A DNA stretch of 64,000 nucleotides, taken from NCBI RefSeq assembly GCF_006345805.1, contig NC_043004.1:5642001-5706000 (forward strand), written 5' to 3'. How positions within the stretch are numbered: position 1 is the stretch's first letter; the number at the start of each line of letters is the position of its first letter. Origin of the DNA: Octopus sinensis. Its lineage: Eukaryota. The notes beneath the pieces were generated by a model. It worked only from the letters and a program-made list of their open reading frames with translations. It had not been told where the DNA came from and ran no database searches. Below, piece by piece: positions 38,554 through 50,837 of this stretch. The position numbers and the translations under genes were made by a program.

Positions 38554-38848
38554 CAAGGTGAGAAAAAATAGTACTCAAATACTGGAGGTAGAATAATATG
38601 CTTTATTATTAAAGCTGCAGAAACATCACAAAAGAAAACTGCTACTCAGAGTTTCATGTTCCTGTTTGTCAGACAGTTATGATTCAGAATCACAACTGTC
38701 CGATGAATGGGAGCATGAAACTCTGAGTAGCAGTTTTCTTTTGTGATGTTTTTGCAGCTTTAATAATAAAGCATATTATTCTACCTCCAGTATTTGAGTA
38801 CTATTTTTTTCCCACCTTGTTTCGCAATCATGCGCTCACTCAGGTATA
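38447..38848. mobile_element. Palindromic TA-flanked element carrying two inverted hammerhead-like motifs
   Basis: 38553-38680 is the near-perfect reverse complement of 38692-38822; outer arms tatacctgagtaagcacatgatt / aatcatgcgctcactcaggtata. Confidence 0.85.
38694..38735 (+). ncRNA. Minimal type I hammerhead-like motif (CCGAUGA core variant)
   Basis: AACTGT-CCGATGA-ATG(GGAG)CAT-GAAA-CTCTGAG-TA-GCAGTT; stems I and II pair. Confidence 0.6.
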
Positions 38849-38868
38849 TCTATCTATCTATCTATATC

Positions 38869-38901
<33 letters not shown>

Positions 38902-40044
38902 GCATACACACACACACACAATTGCTAAGGATAACAAATACTGAATTGAAGTATATTAAAAGTAATAAGGACAAATAATATTAATAATAACCATATTAAA
39001 TCTTTGTAAATAAATTGCCTTAACCACAGCAAAGAAAAAGGGTTACTTTTGTTCTGAGATGTTCATTTTATCTATTTCCATACTTTGTAACTATATTTAG
39101 ACAATATAATTGTTTTAACATATAAATTTACATGATTGCTACTGATTATAAAGTGATAGTCTTAAATCATTAACAATCTACATATTCTAGTGATGACATT
39201 CAGATCATATAGTTCGAATAGTTAAAAGTATGTTTGATATGAAAAGAAGCTTTACTGGATATATTCCTCACTCTGTTATATAAAGAAAAAGCCTTATAAA
39301 CAGATTACATCATCAAATCTTCAGAGACTGCATAACAAACGTAGAAAAAAAAACCTTTAGATTTTAGAATGGACATCAGACAGTATTATGATACTATGTC
39401 TGTATATATCTTAACACTGTCTCATGTCCATTATAATTGTAAAGGCTCTTTTTACATTTGTTTGGCAATTTGTTTATGAGGTTTTTTGTTATATAATAGA
39501 TATTATTATAAACAAACTACATGTAAGAGGTGCTGAATAAATGTAAATATTTATCTCTGCTCTTGTATATTTCTACTTTGTGCTCATAATACTGGAATGA
39601 AACTTACAGGAAGAAACAAGGAATGTTAACAGAGTCTGATAGGGTAGAAAATTGGTGTATTTCCATTCAGCAGTCATCATGAACTCCTGGCTGTCTACAC
39701 TTAACATGGCACAGAATATAGCTGCTATGAATAATAGGAAATTGTATGTTAATACCTTTAGAGACCTAACATAATAGTAGCCTTTCAAGGCAGCCCACAA
39801 TGGACCATATAGAAGCCTCTTGTTGGACTAGGGTAGGATCAGTGGTCAGTAATGAAATCCTGCCCAATGACTTCCCCTTCTCCAAACTCTGTGTAATTGT
39901 AGAATGAGTGCACCCTGTGCTCAATGGAGATACTCAAGAGCATAAACACTTGAGATAATCTGGTGAACAAAAATAATAAGATTTTGATAAGATGTCTGCA
40001 TAAACACAATAGGGCTTTCGGAAAACTTTCATTAGCTTAGTTTT

Positions 40045-40047
<3 letters not shown>

Positions 40048-40108
<61 letters not shown>
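40048..40108. repeat. (CT)n microsatellite
   Basis: Direct. Confidence 0.95.
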
Positions 40109-40110
<2 letters not shown>

Positions 40111-40659
40111 GGGTTGACTTTAAATCTTTTTATCTTAAACCCTAGTGTCTTGAATTTTTAACACTGATCCATTACATCCTGACTCCCTTGTATAAGCCGA
40201 CTTATAAGTGGAGCACTAAACCCCTATGCTCTTGGTTCTATCCTCCATATCATTTGCACCATATAGTATCTATCATCACCTTTTCATACATGAATATTTT
40301 CAATCCTACACATAAATGCTGCTCCTAACATACTGCAACTTGACATTTTATATTCTTTCTACTATATTTCTAATGCTTTTCTGGTATTTTTCTTGTACTT
40401 TCTTATATCTTATAACATTTTTAATATTTCGGTATATTTTAATGTTTGTATCATATTGCTATATTTCAACATTGCTGTGTATTCTGGTATATATTATTTA
40501 TATGTTGGATAATTTTATATCTACTTTGGGACACTTATGTTTATGCATGTATATATATATTTTCCACTTCTTAAGTCTAGATGCTTTTAAATCCCATGGT
40601 GTGACATCTGTGTATGGTATAACTAACTAATTTACTAACTGGCTAACAGTTAAGCTATT

Positions 40660-41165
40660 CATCATCATCACCATCATCGTTTAACATCTACTTTCCATGC
40701 TGGCATGGGTTGGACCGCTTGACATGGAGCTGGCAAAGACTCCAATTGTCTGTTGTGGCCATGGTTTCTATGGCTAGATGTCCTTCCTAACACCAATCGC
40801 TTAACAGAGTGTGCTGGGTGCTTTTTATGTGCTACCAGCACAGGTGCATTTATGCAGCATCAGCATGGGTGTGTTTACATAGTACCAGCACAGATGCATT
40901 AACGCAGCACCAGCAGGAGTGTTTTTTTAAGTGGCACCAGCACCCAAAAAGGACAAGCCTGTATGTGCGGAAGACAGCGATTTTACTTAGCTTGATGTAT
41001 CTTATCAAGTACAACAAATTACCACATCTCCTGGTCCCTAGTCATTTCCTCAGTGAAGCCAGCATCCAAAGATCTTTTCTCACCACTTCATCCCAGATTT
41101 TCCTGGGTGTATCCCTTCTACAAGGACTCTCCACAATTAGAGCTCAGCATTTCTTTACACAGCTG
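40660..41165 (-). mobile_element. RTE LINE 3' end with RT C-terminus
   Basis: Minus reading DEDSCVKKC.ALIVE..RRDTPRKIWDEVVRKDL; family C UTR. Confidence 0.8.
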
Positions 41166-41414
41166 TCCTCATCAATTTATTTAATTCGTATTCATGCTGC
41201 AATTTAGTTTTAATTTCATTTTCATTTTTTGGGGTCACACATTCAAACAAACTTTCTGCAGATTTTTTACCCCCACATCCATTTCATATTGGGTTGACAG
41301 TCACTGGTAAATGTTTTAATATATGTCTAGACATTTTCTCATCACTACCTGCTACTATTTCCATGCTCCACCAAATAAATATCATCTACAAGTCTTTATC
41401 AATATTCTGACTGA

Positions 41415-41738
41415 AGGCAGCAAGCTGGCAGAACCATTAGCACTTAGCTGCAGTTTGTCTGTCTTTACACTCTCAGTTCAAATTCCGCCAAGGTCTACTT
41501 TGCCTTTCATCCATTCAAGATGAGTACTGGGGTTGATGCAATCACCTTAGACCCTCTCCTGAACTTACTGGGCTTTTATCAAAATTTAAAACCAACATTG
41601 GTGTTAGGAAGGGCATCCAGCTGTAGAAACATTGCTAGATCAGATTGGAGCCTGGTGCAGTTGCTAGCTTTCCAGTCATCAGTCAAACTGTCCAACCCAT
41701 GCCAGCATGGAAAACAGACATTAAACGATGATGATGAT
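41415..41738 (+). mobile_element. SINE family F followed by an RTE (family C) tail
   Basis: aaggcagcaagctggcagaa head; ggtgttaggaagggcatccagc...gatgatgat. Confidence 0.75.
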
Positions 41739-41899
41739 TGTGACTAACGCTTAAGTTTTATTACCAATGACTTCTCCCATCACCTACCACACACCTCTAC
41801 ACTCCCCATCACATAGTTTCTACACTAGTTATTTGCTTCTTTCTATTCAAAACAGCCCTGTCCTTTGCCATCACCATCATTGTTATTACTCTAACTATT

Positions 41900-42714
41900 A
41901 TTGCTATTGTTTGTTCATTAATGGTCTTATTGCTAGATAAAATAAAATACCAGTCAAGAACTGGGGTTGATGTAATTAACTAACTCCCTCTACCTAAAAT
42001 TGCTGGCCTTGTGTCAAAAATTTGAAACCATTATTAGTAATAGTATTAATATTATAGTTATTGTTGTTATTAGTATTGTTAAGGCAGCAAGCTGGCAAAA
42101 TCGTTAAATTGATAAAAAACAAAACAATAATAAGAATATGACTCCCAACAATAATAATAGTACCAATAATAATAGTATCACCTTAAAAAAAACAAAGCAA
42201 AATCTTAGTGGTACATAAGGAATTGATAAGAGATTGAAAATAGACTGGTCAGTAGTAAATCACATATAAATAGAGAGGGGACACCCTCTCAATGATAAAA
42301 ATAACAATACTAATATCAACCCTTTTTACTAAAGGCAGAAAACCTGAAATTTTGAGGCAAGGGATTAATTGATTATATCAACTCCAGTTCACAACTGGTA
42401 CTTATTTCATTGACCCTGAAAGTATGAAAGGCATAGTTGACCTCAGTGGAATTTGAACTCAGAACAAAGATGGATGAAATGCCACTAAGCATTTTGACCA
42501 TATGTGGTAACGATTCTGCCAGCTTGCTGCCTTAACAATACTAATAACAACAATGGTTATAATATTAATACTATTACTAATAATGGTTTCAAATTTTTGA
42601 CACAAGGCCAGCAATTTTAGGTAGAGGGAGTTAGTTAATTACATCAACCCCAGTTCTTGACTGGGATTTTATTTTATCTAGCAATAAGACCATTAATGAA
42701 CAAACAATAGCAAT
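41900..42714. repeat. Inverted duplication: 207-bp arms (41900-42106, 42508-42714), ~400-bp spacer
   Basis: About 5 mismatches between arms by manual alignment. Confidence 0.92.
42315..42527 (-). mobile_element. SINE family F
   Basis: Reverse complement of family F. Confidence 0.85.
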
Positions 42715-43635
42715 CAAACTGCTGTAAGCCACAGATCAGATCTGTTGATGACTTTGAGACAGGACATGTATTTCTGTTACCCTCTTTCTAGTGAGACAAC
42801 TACAGAAGTTTTTGAGCAAGATGCTTAGCTTAGCATTCATTCCAAACATGTAAACAATGCACAGAGTCAAAAGGCTGTAATCAGTAAATAAGATGGGACT
42901 CTACTACCATTCAGGAAGTGACCATGCTCCGTGAATAGAAATGGAGTAACTAGGAATTCTATATGGTATATCTAGTGCAATCTGGTACACAAGAGACACA
43001 GTGAGATCACATGCAAGCTGACAAAGAAGAAGGACTTTATATCGGTAGCATAGTATTTAGCTGTAAGAGCACTCTTAAGACAATCTGTTTTGAATACTCA
43101 AAAGATGTAACTCAGAGACTGAGAATCCATTTAGTAACAAAAGAATACTCTCTCTCTCTCTCTCTTTTTCTCTCTATCCCCCCTCTCTCTCTCTCTGAGT
43201 GAAGGCAAGTTGTATGAAGTGTGATTACTCAAGGTAATAAAACAGACATTGAATGTGAAGGGTGCGTGAAGATAGGAGAGAAATGAGATGGGCATGCTCC
43301 ACTGGATGTTCATGAACTGTGGTACACAAGTGAGTTAAAAGAGAAACTGGGTATAAGAAGGGAAAAGATGTAACATGCAAGAGAAAAGACTACATCAGTG
43401 CAAACATGTGATACATACATGTGGAAGATAACAGTTGATTGAAGAATTGCTTGCTATACAATTCAAGTGGAAAGAATCTGCAGAAGAGGAAGACCAATGC
43501 AGGCAGAGGAAGAAATGATGATGGCTAATCTCAGAAGACAACAACAAAGGACCACAACAAGGAGAGAGGAACATCGTGCTAGAGAAAACATGTTCAGCTC
43601 ATACAAGAATGGAAAATGTAAAATGATGATGATGA
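42715..43635 (+). mobile_element. Decayed RTE LINE 3' fragment
   Basis: KGKLYEV..ERNEMGMLHWM..ELKEKLGIR..QEKRL..RRGRP and (GAT)n tail. Confidence 0.7.
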
Positions 43636-43651
43636 ACATGTATGTATATAT

Positions 43652-44130
43652 ATAGGCTGTGTGGTTAAGTAGCTTGCTTACCAACCACATGGTTCCAGGT
43701 TCAGTCTTACTGCATGACACCTTGGGCAAGTGCCTTCTACTCTAGCCTTGTGAGTGGATTTGGTAGACGGAAACTGAAAGAAGCCCATCATATATATGTG
43801 TGTGTGTTTGTCCCCACAACATCACTTGACAACCGATACTGGTGTATTTACTTCCTTGTAACTTAGCGGTTCGGCAAAAGTGACCGATAGAATAAATACT
43901 CGGCTTACAAAGAATAAGTCCTAAGTAAAATAATATATCATCAATATCGTTTAACATCCGTTTTCCATGCTAGCATGAGTTGGACAGTTTGACTGGGCTC
44001 TGGAGAGCCAGGAGCTGCACCAGGCTCCAGTCTGATCTGGCAGTGTTTCTACAGCTGGATTCCCTTCTTAACGCTTTTTATGTGCCACCGGCATGGAAGC
44101 CAGTCAAGGCGATGCTGGTATCGGCCTCCG
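43652..44130. mobile_element. SINE family A (plus, to ~43922) and family C tail (minus)
   Basis: Family motifs. Confidence 0.8.
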
Positions 44131-44165
<35 letters not shown>

Positions 44166-44413
44166 AAAATATTCATTTTTTATATATATATATATATAAA
44201 ATATTCATTTTTATATATATATATAAAATATTCATTTTTTTCATAGGGTTCAGTTTGTTAAGGGGTTCTTGGTTTATGATTGTTTTGTTTTTTTGTATTA
44301 TACCATACATCTTGTTTTTTTTTTGTATTATACCATACATTGTCCTTCATAGGGATTCTGATTCCGGCTAGGGGTGATACTTATTTGAAGGTTTCTAGTT
44401 TATGGAGGCTTTG

Positions 44414-44419
<6 letters not shown>

Positions 44420-44462
<43 letters not shown>

Positions 44463-44791
44463 CGCGCGTATGTGTGTGTGTGTGTGCGTGCATGTATGTA
44501 TGTGTGTTTATTACTTTCTGTTTGACTGGGAATTGAATCTTTAGTGTAGTCTGATTCCCATTAAGGTATCATTCGTGTAGGTAGGTGGGAGGGGCAGAAT
44601 TCTGTTGAAAGCAACACTTGAACTGTTCTCATTATTCTTGATAATTATTCCACTTGTGTTGCTGTTATATTCTCTGTTTTAGAAGAGTCACTAAGTCTAA
44701 CCTCAGCTTACAGTTGGAAAAGTCTGTTTTTAGTGTGTTTTGTTATTATTTTTGCTTTTGTTTTTATGCCAGAAAAATTAATGCACCACTT

Positions 44792-44838
<47 letters not shown>

Positions 44839-44984
44839 ATATATGCATAATATATATGTATATATGTGTGTGTGTATGTATATATATATATATGTATGTA
44901 TATTTATGTATATATATAACTATATAAATATATATATATGTATGTATATTTATATATAACTGTATATACGTATATGTATGTATA

Positions 44985-45015
<31 letters not shown>

Positions 45016-45024
45016 GTATATGTA

Positions 45025-45063
<39 letters not shown>

Positions 45064-45216
45064 TATATATATCATATACATATATATGTATATGTATGCA
45101 TATATATATATATATCATATACATATATATGTATATGTATGCATATATATATATATATTCATATACATACACATATATACATATATATATTTATATGTGT
45201 GTGTTTTTGTGTGTAT

Positions 45217-45260
<44 letters not shown>
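44420..45260. repeat. (GT)n and long degenerate (TA/TG)n low-complexity tract
   Basis: Direct; source of the YI/CV-rich ORFs. Confidence 0.95.
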
Positions 45261-46492
45261 TTTATTTCCCTCCAATTTTATTTTATTTGACATTCTGTGT
45301 TGTAACTAGTCAGAAAAAGAAATAAAATAAAAGAAGCAGAAAAGCAAAGAAAAGGAAAATAGATTTTCAGTTGTTGTTTTTAATGTGGTCAGAAGCAAGG
45401 AAGTATGCAAATATAATGAGCCAAAGTGCTCTCCGAAACAGCTCGAATATATTTTGTTTCAAATGTTGCTGATAGCGATCTACTTTTCCTGGTGTGTATT
45501 TTTGTAGTAAGTAGACTATATGCATACATAGATTTCTTGTAGAATATGTGTTCATAGATGATGGTTTGTACTTAGAAAAACTTTTCTGTATTTCATAGCA
45601 AATTCTAATGAGGTCACAGCTCTTGATATTCAGAGCATTAAATTACATTTTGCCTTTTTTTTCTCTCCCTTTCTTCCTTCCTTCTTTTTATTATTATTAT
45701 TTTTGTTTGTTTCCACTTGAAATCCTGCTTAAGCTTTACTTTCCTTCATTTTTAAATATTTGTTTTTATTTGTTTAATTTCTTAATTTTTTTTTATATAT
45801 AAAAAAATTCCTTAATACTGTTAATTTCTATCTTTGCAACTAATTTAATGAATTTCTGATTACACAGCAGCTTTGGTCAATTTGTTGATACTTACCACGA
45901 GATCATTTTAAAGACATTATGTATGTATGTGTATATACATGCATATAATCATGTATATATACATGTATATATTTATATATACATGTATATATTTATATAC
46001 ATGTATATATGTATATATTTCCAGGCATGGCTGTGTGGTTACAAAGCACACTTTGCAACCACATGGCTTTGGGTTCAGTCCCATTGCGCAGCATCTCAGG
46101 GAAAGTGTCTTCTACCATTGTCCCAGGCCAATGCTTGCGAGTGAATTTAATAGAAGGAAACTGTGTAGAAACCTGTCAACTATGTATAACTATCCAAAAT
46201 CGCAGGATCTGTGTAAATACACATTTCTTTGACTGTGTTCTGTATTCTTTGTGCCAAAATATAAAGGTTTTTTAAAACTTTCTGCATTGTTACAAGCTTT
46301 CCTTATCTCTCACTTCATTCATTTTTCTACTTATATACATATATATGTTAATATTTCACTTAGGCATAGCGATACAAGTAACCTGTATGAGAACTCAAAA
46401 TACTTATGCATCAAAGAAAAGCATTAGTCAAATAGAGTGTAATAAGAGATTATATAAATAACAGAACAAGAAATTATACAAGGAGCATCATT

Positions 46493-46572
46493 AGCTTACA
46501 AGTGTTTCTGCTATAAGATGCAATGCACTCATAGTTGAGTGCTTGTGTATCACATTAGAACTTCATCAGAGT
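46493..46572 (-). ncRNA. Decayed hammerhead-like motif related to the one at 50716
   Basis: CT-CTGATGA-AG...GCACTCA(ACTA)TGAGTGC...GAAA-CACTTG-TA-AG; flanks mirror CT-CTGACGA-AG...GAAA-CAGCTG-TA-AG. Confidence 0.45.
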
Positions 46573-47354
46573 GTGTTTTTAGTGTTTGTTCTTTCACACC
46601 ATCACCACTTGACAACCGGTGTTGGTTTGTTTATGTTGCCTTAGAGGTTTGGCAAAAGAGTCTAACAGAATAATTACCAGGCTTAACAATAAAGTACTGG
46701 AGTCAATTTGTTCAGCTAAACCCTTCAAGGTGGTGCCCCAGCATGGCCACAGTTAAGTGAATGAAACAAGTAAAAGATAAAAGATATTGCAATTCTGATA
46801 ATAAATTTCCTAATTCTCAAACCATGCAAATGGCCGTCTTTCTTTTAACCTGAATTTAAAGTCATTTATTGATACTGTTATACACTTGTAGCTTACTCAT
46901 TGTCAAAACCCATGAAGTCACCACCAAAACCAACTGTTTTAATAATATTAGTTGCTGACTAATATTTTTTTCCTCCAATAAATATTTATTTCCAATTACC
47001 ATATTTAGTGCATGGGGCACTAACATGCCTAATAACAGTACATTTAGTCCTAATGGAGTTGGTATTAGTTTACATTTGCTCTTGTTATTTCCCCCTGGTT
47101 GTTAATTGATAAATTATACTTGTTTTCCTGAAATACTTGCACTTTCCTTACCTTATGCCATTACAATTACACTCTTACAGATTAATCATTAAAGGTACAA
47201 AAAAAAAATGAAAGGGAAAAAACCAGGAAAAGCATTTTATTGTTGCATTTACTGCTACTACTTCTAAATTATTGGGTAACTGATACTAAAAGGATTAAGC
47301 TGTTTTAGTAGAGTAATAATTATAAGTCTAGACCAACTGACCAAAATAAATTGT

Positions 47355-47700
47355 GAGCCAATACCTATTGCCCACCGTAATGTCTGGTTCTTGTTGTGGT
47401 TTGATGGCTTGTGTACCCCAATGATCTGGGGAGCTATGCCTTCCATACTGGACAGGCCAAAGGATAGAAGCCAACTAATATGGACCACCTGTTTCTAGGG
47501 TAAAAATGGGTTTGTATAGGGCTAAAACCTCTATCTAGAGAAAAGCAATTACAGAAGCATTAGTGACAATTCAAAACCAAGAAGATCTAGGAGGAGAAAA
47601 GACAGCCCTGAGTCATGAACAGTGGAGAGAAGTCGTTGATGGCCTTTGCTCCATAGGAAGCAAAGGGCTTAAGTAAGTAATGTCTGTTATAGAAAGTTTG
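47355..47700 (+). mobile_element. RTE LINE 5' UTR fragment
   Basis: ggcttgtgtaccccaatgatctggggagctatgcc...aactaatatggaccacctg...gggctaaaacc resembles RTE/Expander 5' ends (from memory). Confidence 0.55.
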
Positions 47701-47879
47701 TAGTTTCTCCAAACAAGACACTTCTACTTTGTGAACTAAGTAGTAGATATCTTTTTTCTTTATTAGATTATTAGAACCAGCTAATAAAAGGAACAAAAAA
47801 GAAAAAGATAAAAATATATCTCTTGAAGAGCAAAAGAGAAGCAATGTCTTTAATATTTGCTAATTTACCAAGTTTGCAG

Positions 47880-47969
47880 ACATTGATGTAATTGAAGCTT
47901 ATCTTGAGCATCTGCAGGTCAATGAGAAATATGGGCCTGGGAGGGTGGGAGTATTTTATAGGGTTTCAG
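47880..47969 (+). CDS. Candidate exon (D)IDVIEAYLEHLQVNEKYGPGRVGVFYRVS(G)
   Basis: Branch-like ctaat, tttgcag acceptor, CAG|gtatgg donor (second in-frame donor 6 nt later), 90 nt phase 1-1; protein not recognised. Confidence 0.35.
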
Positions 47970-48149
47970 GTATGGGTAAGAAGGACTTGGTGACGTGTTT
48001 CATATGAGGTTTAGTCTGTCCACTGTTAACTGCAGTAGATTATTATCCTATCTAAGGAAAGTCTTCTAATTTCCTGCCGGATTAACAAATTTGAGCTTAA
48101 CACTAACTTTATGAACTGATTTGCTTTATGAAAATAACTATAAATAATA

Positions 48150-48560
48150 GGCATGGCTGTGTGATAAGAAGTTTGCTTCCCAACCACATGGTTTCAGGTT
48201 CAGTCCCACTGTGTGGCACTTTGGACAAGTGTCTTCTGCTATAGCCCCAGGCCAACCAAAACCTCGAAAGTATTTGGGAGCAGGAAATTGAACAGAAAAC
48301 TGTCATTTATGTGTATTTGTGCACACATGTGCATGTGTGTATGTGTACAATTTTGTGTGTGTTAATGTCTCCTTGTCTTGATATCATGTAATAGTTGCAA
48401 GCAAATGTCACCATTATGCAAGGGGGTGTCTTTCATTTCCAATTGTCCATGAAAACATGCCTGGTCATGAGGGTTAGCATCAGGAAGGGCAGCCAGCCAT
48501 AGAAAAATTTGCTTCAGCAAATTTCATATAACCCATGTGAGCAGGGGAAAATGGGAATAT
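48150..48560 (+). mobile_element. SINE with A head and B tail
   Basis: Family motifs. Confidence 0.8.
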
Positions 48561-48859
48561 AAGACTTGGAACTTTCCATTTAATTTGCCATTGATAAAAT
48601 ATAAGAGCATACAGCTTTCATAACTTAATTATTTCCTTAAACAAAAAGAAACGGAAAGAATTGTACCATCTTCTATCTCATCTAATTAACACCACACTTT
48701 ATGAATTAATTTCTGTTCATGTGTTTAGACTTCCTTCAGATACATTCTTAACAATATTCTTATTAAAATGAAGTATTTTGGCTTCTTATTCAAAATTAGG
48801 AACTGTTTCACTGGTACTAGTGCCATGAAAAAGAAACTGGTGCTGGTTCTATGTAAAAG

Positions 48860-49105
48860 GTATTGGTGACGATGTCACATAAGAAGCAGAGTTTCTGGTG
48901 CTACATAAAAAGCACTGGTGCTATGGAAAAAACACCCAGTACACTCTCTAAAGTGGTTGTCATTAGGAAGAGCATTCAGCTGCAGAAACCATGCCAAAGC
49001 AGGCAATGGAACCTGATGCAGCTTCTGGCCTTGTCAGCTCCTGTTAAACCATCCAACCCATGCCAGCATGGAAAACAGATGTTAGATGATGATGATGATG
49101 ATGAT
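48860..49105 (+). mobile_element. RTE family C 3' end
   Basis: cattaggaagagcattcagctg...ccatgccagcatggaaaacagatgttagatgatg. Confidence 0.75.
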
Positions 49106-49899
49106 GACGCCGCCGACGCCGACAATTTTAGCACTGAGGGACTCATCATAATTCACTATTTCACTCTGATTCTCTGACTAATGGAATATCATTCATGAAA
49201 TGCTGCATTCAAGGTCATCATCTTCATTAACAAAGCTGCTTTTACTAATAATCTTCATCTAATCCACTTTGAGCAAAGCTTTCACTCACCACTTTTGTTA
49301 GATTTTTCCCTTCCTGTAAAAGTTATTAATAATTAAATGCAATGGAAGTTCTTCACTGAATCCCTCATATGCTTATAGGGCTTCAAAGTCTTTTTTGCAA
49401 TTCACATTCTTAATTTTCCCCATTTCCCATTAACATTTACATGGAAAATTTGGTTCTTGTCTAACATTTAAAAATATATTAGCTAAAATAATTGAAGTTT
49501 ACTTAGGTTTTATATCTACCATAAATGACAAAAAGCAAAAATCACTTGTATTTTATATTTATGGTTTTTCTTTACAAAAGAATTATTTCTTCTAGAGTTT
49601 CATCATCTTTTCTGGTATATCCTTTAATAGTAATTAGTTCTTTTCCCTTTGTAATCATAGGAATATGAAAGGCTCACTGAGAGCTGCTGGCTTCCAATCT
49701 GTAATCCTCACGGATATCAAAATAGCAGTCAGCAACAGCAGTATCTCTTTAGCACAGTACATAATATTTTAAAATCTTGATGTAAGTCTACAATAAAGAC
49801 TGATTAATTAATTAACCAGTTAATTAATTAATTAAAGAAATAATCCAAGGAAATTTGTGCTGGTTTGTATCAGGAGAAAAAAAAAATCGGTACATAGAT

Positions 49900-50285
49900 G
49901 TAGGCGTAGTTTTGTGGTAAGAAGCATTGCTTCTCAGCCACATGGTTCCTGGTTCAGTCCCACTGCATGGCACCTTGAGCAAGTGTCTGCTACTATAGCC
50001 TTGTGTAGATCAAAGCCTTGTGAGTGGATTTAGTAGAGAGAAACTGAAAGAAGCCCATAGTGTATACATATTTTTTAATTCTTTTATTTGTTTCATTTAA
50101 CTGCAGCCATGCTGGAGCACCGCCTCTAGTCGAACAAATTGATCCCAGGACTTATTCTTTGTAAGCCTGGTACTTGTTCTGTTGGTCTCTTTTTGTTGAA
50201 CTGCTAAGTTACGGGAATGTAAACTCATCAACATTGGCGGTCAAGCGATGGTGGGGGGACAAACACAGAGACACAAACATATACA
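49900..50285. mobile_element. Family A head (plus) joined to a family A tail (minus)
   Basis: Family motifs. Confidence 0.75.
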
Positions 50286-50289
50286 TAGT

Positions 50290-50492
50290 CCGGCCATCAC
50301 CATGATTGACTGCTAGCTACTAAAGCTTTCTTTTTTTATTCTCTCCATTTATTTTCTCGTGTTCCTTTCTGTTGAAGAGCGTAGGTTTGAAACATAAAAG
50401 ACTTTCTCACCTTCCTGACGGTTAAACTAATATACCTGTTTGTTGTTTACACACCTGTCTTCATCTTTTGGTTTTTGTAAATTCCAACTATA
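50290..50492 (+). mobile_element. Small Penelope-like repeat with hammerhead-like motif (homologue of 30292-30482)
   Basis: CTTT-CTGTTGA-A-GAGC(GTAG)GTTT-GAAA-CA-TA-AAAG at 50365-50400. Confidence 0.6.
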
Positions 50493-50715
50493 TACATACA
50501 TAATTTTTTGATAATTTTTTTCATTCCTCTGTTTATACTTTATCTAATAGGAATAATATAATACACCTAATGATAATAATAATTCATTCCTTTGTATGCA
50601 TATACATATAAATGTATAGATATGTATTTATGTATATTTATATATATGTATGTATATGTAAAAGTGTGTATATATATGTATGTATTTATAACTTAACCTT
50701 ATGAACTTTCTAAAC

Positions 50716-50837
50716 TCTCTGACGAAGCCCAGAGGCACACCCAAGTACCTTAATCTTATTTACCAAATACTTCAGTTCACTGAAGGGATGGGAGTAAAGT
50801 GGGGTACTATAACCTCTTGGCTGAAACAGCTGTAAGA
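50716..50837 (+). ncRNA. Type I hammerhead ribozyme motif with canonical core, long stem II and palindromic stem III
   Basis: TCT-CTGACGA-AGCCCAGAGG...CCTCTTGGCT-GAAA-C-AGCT-G-TA-AGA; stem II 9/10 bp, ACAGCTGT palindrome, GUA triplet. Confidence 0.72.

Noticed and set aside
44654-45325. 100-154 aa YI/CV-rich ORFs
   Set aside because: Dinucleotide repeats lack stop codons
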